Assembly: GCA_963726255.1 (NCBI GenBank)
Contig: CAVSBL010000002.1
Coordinates: 704,001 to 768,000 of the forward strand
Direction of reading: 5' to 3'
Length of the DNA stretch: 64,000 nucleotides
From: Candidatus Bathyarchaeota archaeon
GTDB lineage: Archaea > Thermoproteota > Bathyarchaeia > 40CM-2-53-6
Under the pieces are notes generated by a model. It saw only the letters and a program-made list of their open reading frames with translations, was not told the origin of the DNA and did not search any database. This document shows, piece by piece, positions 58,508 to 64,000 of this stretch (positions within the stretch are counted from its first letter, which is position 1; each line of letters begins with the position of its first letter). The translations under genes were made by a program, and so were the position numbers.

Positions 58508-58638
58508 GTAAACCCGTTTAATAGGGTTCCTTCCTGTTGGCAGGACTAGCGAACTAGTGACCAGTGCACGAAGACACGGTCATGACCTAAGACGTACCGG
58601 GGCCGAGATTGAGGGGTAGACGAGTACGTTCGCCATGC

Positions 58639-60714
58639 TCAGTGCAAGAGTGCTAGTACAAATAGTGGCGCCAACGCGAGAGTGATTGTGTTCAGCAGCT
58701 TCACGACAACATGCAATGAAGGCCCCGCGGTATCCTTCAGCGGGTCGCCTAAGGTGTCGCCGATCACCGTCGCGGCGTGAACTTGTGAACCCTTCCCGCC
58801 CAAATGCCCAGCCTCTATGTACTTCTTGGCGTTGTCCAACGCGGCGCCGACGTTATTCATGAAAAGAGCCATAAGGACACCGACGACGGTGCCAACCATT
58901 AGCAAGCCGCCCGCGGCCTCTGCGCCGAGAACGACGCCGACAACTATTGGCCCGATGACGATAAGCAGGCTTGGATATACCATGTTCCTCAACGCCGCTT
59001 TTGTGCTTATGTCGATGCATAGCGAATAGTCCGGCTTGACCTTGCCTTTCATGATTCCTGGCATTTCCTTGAACTGCCGCCTGATTTCGCGTATCATAAC
59101 TGCTGAGGTTCTTCCAACGGCCTTGATTGCGAGCGAGCTGAAGAAGAAAATCAGCATCGCGCCAATGAACGCCCCCGTAAATACACCAGGCCTTGAGAGG
59201 TCGACGCCCTTCAAGCCAGCCACTTCCAGGAAGGCGCTGAACAGCAAGAACGCTGAAAGCGCAGCTGATGCGACACCGTAGCCTTTCGTTAGTGCCTTGG
59301 TCGTGTTGCCTACAGAATCAAGACGGTCAGAGATTACTCTGGCTTTGGCAGTGACTCCCGACATTTCTAGGATTCCGCCCGCATTGTCTGTTATCGGGCC
59401 AAAGCCGTCCATTGCAAGAACCATTGGCGTAACGGACAACATGCCCATAGTCGCTATTGCAGTCCCATACAGCCCCTTCTGGAAGGCAGGATCGGTCAGA
59501 TTTAGTTGCGCACCTTCAGAGACGAACCCGTTTCCTAAGCCGAACGCCAGCAGAATCGCGACACCAATCACTATTATGAAGAGGGCTGACGATTCCATTC
59601 CAACAGCAAAGCCCGTGGCAATTCCAGGTGCGGGACCGCTCTCCGAAGCATTGGCGATTTCGAGTGTTGGTTTTCTCCTATAAGATGTGTAGTAGTCCGT
59701 TATCCACGCAACAAGAACAGCAGACACGATTCCGACAAGCGCGGCGAAGAAGTAGTTGAGTTCCCCATTAAGTAGCACGACGGTCAGGAAATAGAAACCG
59801 GCAGCCGAGATAATTCCAGTTACAATCAGGCCTCGCGTAAGAGAATTGAACGGGTCCTCATTCTTACGGGAATAAACAAACACTGATCCAACTAGGGCGC
59901 CTACCAAACCAAACGCCCTAGCTAAGAGAGGAAAGATTAGGCCGTTGACTCCGAACAGGACGTAGACGGCTGGGGCTAAGCCAAGGATCATTGCGCCAAT
60001 GTTTTCAGCCGTAATGGATTCGAAGAGGTCGGCTCCACGCCCAGCAATGTCGCCAACGTTGTCCCCGACCAAGTCTGCTATGACGGCAGGGTTGCGAGGG
60101 TCATCTTCTGGTATTCCGGCCTCTACTTTCCCGACAAGGTCTGCGCTCATGTCAGCAGCCTTTGTGTATATGCCTCCGCCCAGCTGGGCAAATAGGGCCG
60201 CGAAACTGGCACCGAACCCGAAGCCAACCATCAGGCGTGGGTCACCATTGAAGACTAGGAATAGCGTTGAGATTCCGAGAAGGCTCATTGAGACGACCGC
60301 TAGACCGAACACGACTCCACCGCGGAAAGCGACCTTCAGAGCACGGTCTAGGCTGCTCATTGCACCACGCGCAGCCCGAACGTTCGAGCGAACCGAGATG
60401 TACATCGCGATGTAGCCAGCGAGGTTCGAGCAGAGGGCACCGAGCAAGAAGCCGCCGGCAGTGTCGACGCCGAGCCATGCGTTAGTAGGATTCCTTATAC
60501 CGACCGCCATCAAAGCTGTCGCGATTATGGCGATGATGCTGATGGTTCTGTATTGCCGTGCGAGGTAGGCTTCGGCGCCGTCCTTGATTGCGCTGGAAAT
60601 TTCCCTCATCCGAGCGGTTCCAGTGTCCTGTTTCATAATCCAAGTGGCAATATATCCTGCCACGGCGAGCGATAGGCCGCTGACTATGAAGACATAAACA
60701 AGGTCCGATAGCAA
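58639..60714 (-). CDS. hppA: Membrane-bound H+-translocating pyrophosphatase (K+-independent type), copy 2
   Basis: GGIYTKAADMSADLVGKVEAGIPEDDPRNPAVIADLVGDNVGD, GRGADLFES, GNTTKA, GDPLKDTAGPS. Confidence 0.95.
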   Translation of the reverse strand: MLSDLVYVFIVSGLSLAVAGYIATWIMKQDTGTARMREISSAIKDGAEAYLARQYRTISIIAIIATALMAVGIRNPTNAWLGVDTAGGFLLGALCSNLAGYIAMYISVRSNVRAARGAMSSLDRALKVAFRGGVVFGLAVVSMSLLGISTLFLVFNGDPRLMVGFGFGASFAALFAQLGGGIYTKAADMSADLVGKVEAGIPEDDPRNPAVIADLVGDNVGDIAGRGADLFESITAENIGAMILGLAPAVYVLFGVNGLIFPLLARAFGLVGALVGSVFVYSRKNEDPFNSLTRGLIVTGIISAAGFYFLTVVLLNGELNYFFAALVGIVSAVLVAWITDYYTSYRRKPTLEIANASESGPAPGIATGFAVGMESSALFIIVIGVAILLAFGLGNGFVSEGAQLNLTDPAFQKGLYGTAIATMGMLSVTPMVLAMDGFGPITDNAGGILEMSGVTAKARVISDRLDSVGNTTKALTKGYGVASAALSAFLLFSAFLEVAGLKGVDLSRPGVFTGAFIGAMLIFFFSSLAIKAVGRTSAVMIREIRRQFKEMPGIMKGKVKPDYSLCIDISTKAALRNMVYPSLLIVIGPIVVGVVLGAEAAGGLLMVGTVVGVLMALFMNNVGAALDNAKKYIEAGHLGGKGSQVHAATVIGDTLGDPLKDTAGPSLHVVVKLLNTITLALAPLFVLALLH

Positions 60715-60817
60715 ACATTACTCCTCTTTCGCAGGAGGCAAACCTCGCATAGGAAGATGTTTCGTTATTTAAGTGAACCGGGGTTTTGTTAGGATTCGCG
60801 AGAGTCCGCGATTGGCG

Positions 60818-63121
60818 TCACTTGATTCGCTCGAGCATGTCTGGCCGTTCGGACCTAGCTTTGTCTTCCAATGCGACTTCGTGTTTGCTCCGCCGGAGGG
60901 CCCAGGCGGCCGCCGCAATTAGGAGCAAAGCGACAACGAAAGACGCCCAACCCGTTTTGGCAGCGACGAGGATCGGTGCTATGATTAGGGAGACGAGGTT
61001 GACGACTTTGATCATCGGATTCAATGCTGGGCCGGCAGTATCTTTCAACGGGTCGCCCACCGTGTCGCCGACGACACTGGCCTTGTGGCGTTCGCTACCC
61101 TTCCCCGTGTTCGCGGCTAAGTCGCGAGGCTCATCTTCAATCGTCTTCTTAGCATTGTCCCATGCTCCGCCTGCATTAGCCATGAAGACAGCCAGCAGTT
61201 GACCTGACACAATTATTCCAGCCAAGAAGCCACCCAGGGCTTCTACCCCCAACAGTAGGCCGACTGCTATCGGCACGCTCAGCGCGATTACAGCCAAGGG
61301 AATCAATTCCTTTTGAGCGGCAGCCGTTGAAATTCCTACAACGTTCCGGTAGTCTGGCTGCACCTCGCCCTCCATCACACCCGGTATACGAAATTGCCTC
61401 CGCACCTCTTCGACTATCAATTTAGCAGCCCTCGAAACGGCGCGGATGTTAAGGGAGCTGAACAACCAAGGCAGCGCCCCACCCAACAGCAGGCCCATGA
61501 ATACCTTCACGTCCGAAACGCTAATCGCGAGTAAACCAGTTGCCGTGATGTACGACGCGAACAGAGAGACAGCGGCAATTACAGCCGATGCGATCGCTAT
61601 CCCTTTCGTGATAGCTTTCGTAGTGTTCCCTACCGCGTCAAGGTCCGCCATGATTTGGCGGCCGCGCTTCGTTTCCTCATCGTCCAACTTTTGCCAAGCC
61701 ATCTCGCCGATGCCGTTCGCATTATCGCTGATAGGCCCGTAAGAGTCCATTGCCACATTGTTGCCCGTATGGCTTAGCATGCCGATGCCGATCATTGCTA
61801 TGGCATAGAGTGTGTATACGCCGCCGTTCTCTGGAGGAAAGAGCAGGACCGCTAGAACGAAACTGATGACGATGTAGAGGAGTGCCCAGACCGATGACTC
61901 GAAACCGTTTGCTAGCCCGGAAAGAATCGTTGTTGCCGGCCCTGCGCGTGTAGCTTTGACGATGTCCTTAACTGGATTCTTGTCCGTGGCAGTGAAATAG
62001 GAAGTGAGTGGGTTGAAGCTTACCGCTAGACCAACGCCTATGGCCACGAGCGCCCCCAGCCGCCAATCATTTCCGTAAAGCCAGGCAACAATAAACGCCC
62101 AGAAAACCGTGTTAATGCTGGAGACTTCGTAGGAACGAAACATCGCATCTTCGGCATTCTGCGCCCTCAGAAATTTGATTGGAAACCTGGTCCAAACCGG
62201 CACTGTGAAGGTGCCGAGTATCGATGAAATCACTCCGATTCCGCGAACGATGAGAGGAATGAGTATCCACATGAGCCTATGCTGAGGATCTACCGCCAGC
62301 ACTGCCAAGCCGAGGATCAGGGCCGAAACGATAGTAACTTCGTATGATTCGAAAATATCAGCCGCCATCCCGGCGCAATCGCCCACGTTATCGCCAACCA
62401 GGTCAGCGACAACGGCGGCATTTCGGGGGTCATCTTCGGGAATATCCTTCTCCACTTTTCCGACGAGGTCTGCGCCGACGTCGGCAGCTTTGGTGTATAT
62501 TCCGCCGCCAACTCGCATGAAAAGTGCGAGAAGCGTGCCACCGAACCCAAAGCCGAGCAAGGCATCTGGGGCTGCTTTCCCGAATATGATGAAGATGGAG
62601 GTTCCACCCAAGAGGCCTAGGCCGTCTGTCAACATACCGGTAATTGTCCCGGCGTAGTAAGCTATGGAGAGGGCTTCGTTGAAGCTGCGACGCGATGCGG
62701 ATGCAACGCGTACATTTGCCTGGACTGCCATGCGCATCCCGTATTGGCCAACGATGAGGCTGAATGATGCGCCCAGTACGAAGGCGAGCATGCGCCCGAC
62801 GGCTACGATAAATTGGGCGTTAGTTCCGAACACCTCCGTTGCTTCAGTTGTGGGTTGCACCACGTAAACGCTGAAGAATAGCGCCCCTGCCAAGACGGCT
62901 ATGAGCGGAAGTATTGTTCGAAGCTGCCGATTCAGGTAGGCGTCGGCGCCAACTCGGATGGCATTCCATACCTCTTGCATCTTCTCTGTGCCTTTGTCTT
63001 TCTTTAGAACCCCTCCCCGAAGCCACCAGGCGTAGAGCAAACTTATGATTGCAATTCCGATGATTGCCCAAGGGACAAGCGCCTCAAAGCTGATTACGCC
63101 CATTTCAAACAATTCACGCAA
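60818..63121 (-). CDS. hppA: Membrane-bound H+-translocating pyrophosphatase (K+-independent type), copy 1
   Basis: GGIYTKAADVGADLVGKVEKDIPEDDPRN, GMAADIFES, GNTTKA, GDPLKDTAGPALNPMIK. Confidence 0.95.
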   Translation of the reverse strand: MRELFEMGVISFEALVPWAIIGIAIISLLYAWWLRGGVLKKDKGTEKMQEVWNAIRVGADAYLNRQLRTILPLIAVLAGALFFSVYVVQPTTEATEVFGTNAQFIVAVGRMLAFVLGASFSLIVGQYGMRMAVQANVRVASASRRSFNEALSIAYYAGTITGMLTDGLGLLGGTSIFIIFGKAAPDALLGFGFGGTLLALFMRVGGGIYTKAADVGADLVGKVEKDIPEDDPRNAAVVADLVGDNVGDCAGMAADIFESYEVTIVSALILGLAVLAVDPQHRLMWILIPLIVRGIGVISSILGTFTVPVWTRFPIKFLRAQNAEDAMFRSYEVSSINTVFWAFIVAWLYGNDWRLGALVAIGVGLAVSFNPLTSYFTATDKNPVKDIVKATRAGPATTILSGLANGFESSVWALLYIVISFVLAVLLFPPENGGVYTLYAIAMIGIGMLSHTGNNVAMDSYGPISDNANGIGEMAWQKLDDEETKRGRQIMADLDAVGNTTKAITKGIAIASAVIAAVSLFASYITATGLLAISVSDVKVFMGLLLGGALPWLFSSLNIRAVSRAAKLIVEEVRRQFRIPGVMEGEVQPDYRNVVGISTAAAQKELIPLAVIALSVPIAVGLLLGVEALGGFLAGIIVSGQLLAVFMANAGGAWDNAKKTIEDEPRDLAANTGKGSERHKASVVGDTVGDPLKDTAGPALNPMIKVVNLVSLIIAPILVAAKTGWASFVVALLLIAAAAWALRRSKHEVALEDKARSERPDMLERIK

Positions 63122-63235
63122 CTCCTTGAGCAGTTTTGACCAAACGCATCGACTACTGCACTTTCAACGTTTTTGCTGAGCGCATTTTGCGCGCAGGGTC
63201 ATACGTTATTTAAGCAACAAGTACAGCTGTCGCAG

Positions 63236-64000
63236 TTGGAACTCACCAAGATTCAAGAGGATGCTGTTTCAGAGTTGGGGAGATTGGTTTCAGTTATTGG
63301 TTTGGAGAAGATCGGGCTTGTGAAACATGGTGACGATGTTGGGCAAGTGATATTCGACGCTGTGAAATTGGAGGGCCTGGATTTTGTGGATGGCGACGTT
63401 GTTGTAATCTCTCAGAAGATAGTGTCCAAAGCAGAGGGACTCGAGGTTGACATCTCGACAATTAAGCCGAGCCCGAAAGCTAGGGCTATCGCGCGCAAGA
63501 CAGGTAAGGATGCAAGGCTTGTCCAGTTGATACTCCGAGACTCTCGGAGCGTCCTGCGTGCGGACCGCCAAGGTCTGATTGTTCAGAGGAAGGACGGGCT
63601 GATATGCTTGAACGCTGGAGTTGATAAGTCGAACATAGAAGGCCGCCTCAATTACGCGCCCCTCCCCGCAAACTCGGACTTGGCCGCCAGCAAGGTCAGG
63701 GTTAGACTGGAGCAATTGTCCGGCAGGAGGCTCGCGGTGATAGTCGCGGACACTTACAGCCGACCGCTACGGGCTGGGCAGGTGGAGTTCGCCATCGGAG
63801 TCTCAGGGCTAGAACCAATCATCGACTACCGCGGCTTGAAGGACATGTTCGGCTACCAGCTGAGGTACAAGTTCGTAGGCTTAGCGGATGAGATTGCGGC
63901 TGCTGCGGAGTTGGTTATGGGACAGGGGACTGAGCGGACCCCTGTAGCCGTAGTGAGAGGGCTCACCCGCGTTGAATTAACGGAGGAGGCTAGGTTGTCG
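63236..64000 (+). CDS. cofE: Coenzyme F420-0:L-glutamate ligase (runs off the window)
   Basis: Not in the ORF track. Manual translation: VIGLEKIGLVKHGDDVG..GDVVVISQKIVSKAEG..KTGKDARLVQLIL..NAGVDKSN..VADTYSRPLRAG..DMFGYQL..LADEIAAAAELVMGQG. Start uncertain; TATA ttatttaa at ~63206. Confidence 0.9.
   Translation, partial: MELTKIQEDAVSELGRLVSVIGLEKIGLVKHGDDVGQVIFDAVKLEGLDFVDGDVVVISQKIVSKAEGLEVDISTIKPSPKARAIARKTGKDARLVQLILRDSRSVLRADRQGLIVQRKDGLICLNAGVDKSNIEGRLNYAPLPANSDLAASKVRVRLEQLSGRRLAVIVADTYSRPLRAGQVEFAIGVSGLEPIIDYRGLKDMFGYQLRYKFVGLADEIAAAAELVMGQGTERTPVAVVRGLTRVELTEEARLS

Noticed and set aside
63290-63715. 141-aa minus-strand ORF and the many other antisense ORFs in the track
   Set aside because: These are shadows of well-supported genes on the opposite strand (here cofE).
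1-64000. CRISPR array, cas genes, transposases, integrases, rRNA
   Set aside because: No regularly spaced repeats or recognisable motifs were found by eye.

Overview
This is a chromosomal segment from a TACK-type archaeon (TFB, RpoP, aIF1/SUI1, EndA, crenactin, pantoate kinase, CofE). Bathyarchaeia is my best guess, by inference only. The first ~16 kb is a polymorphic Rhs/YD-repeat locus. A ~2,050-aa exported Rhs gene (6425->259, minus strand, split by a 1-nt frameshift near 3534) sits head-to-head with at least five 5'-truncated Rhs-core + variable-tip cassettes on the plus strand. Each cassette is followed by a membrane or protease-like partner gene. This inverted geometry would let recombination swap tips by reversible inversion rather than deletion. 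Other notable items: a tRNA-Gln(CUG) gene with four BHB-type introns (26374-26528) together with an EndA carrying a crenarchaeal-specific-loop-like insert; an AbrB-crenactin-arcadin-2(-arcadin-3?) operon; a tandem-AAA (Cdc48-like) ATPase fused to a Lon protease domain and coupled to a membrane protein; a skewed, palindromic non-coding region beside a wHTH gene (origin candidate); and tandem K+-independent membrane pyrophosphatases. The rest is housekeeping (CoA synthesis, GlyRS, SdhAB, Tat, MgtA, aminotransferase). All family calls come from motifs read by eye; no searches were run.
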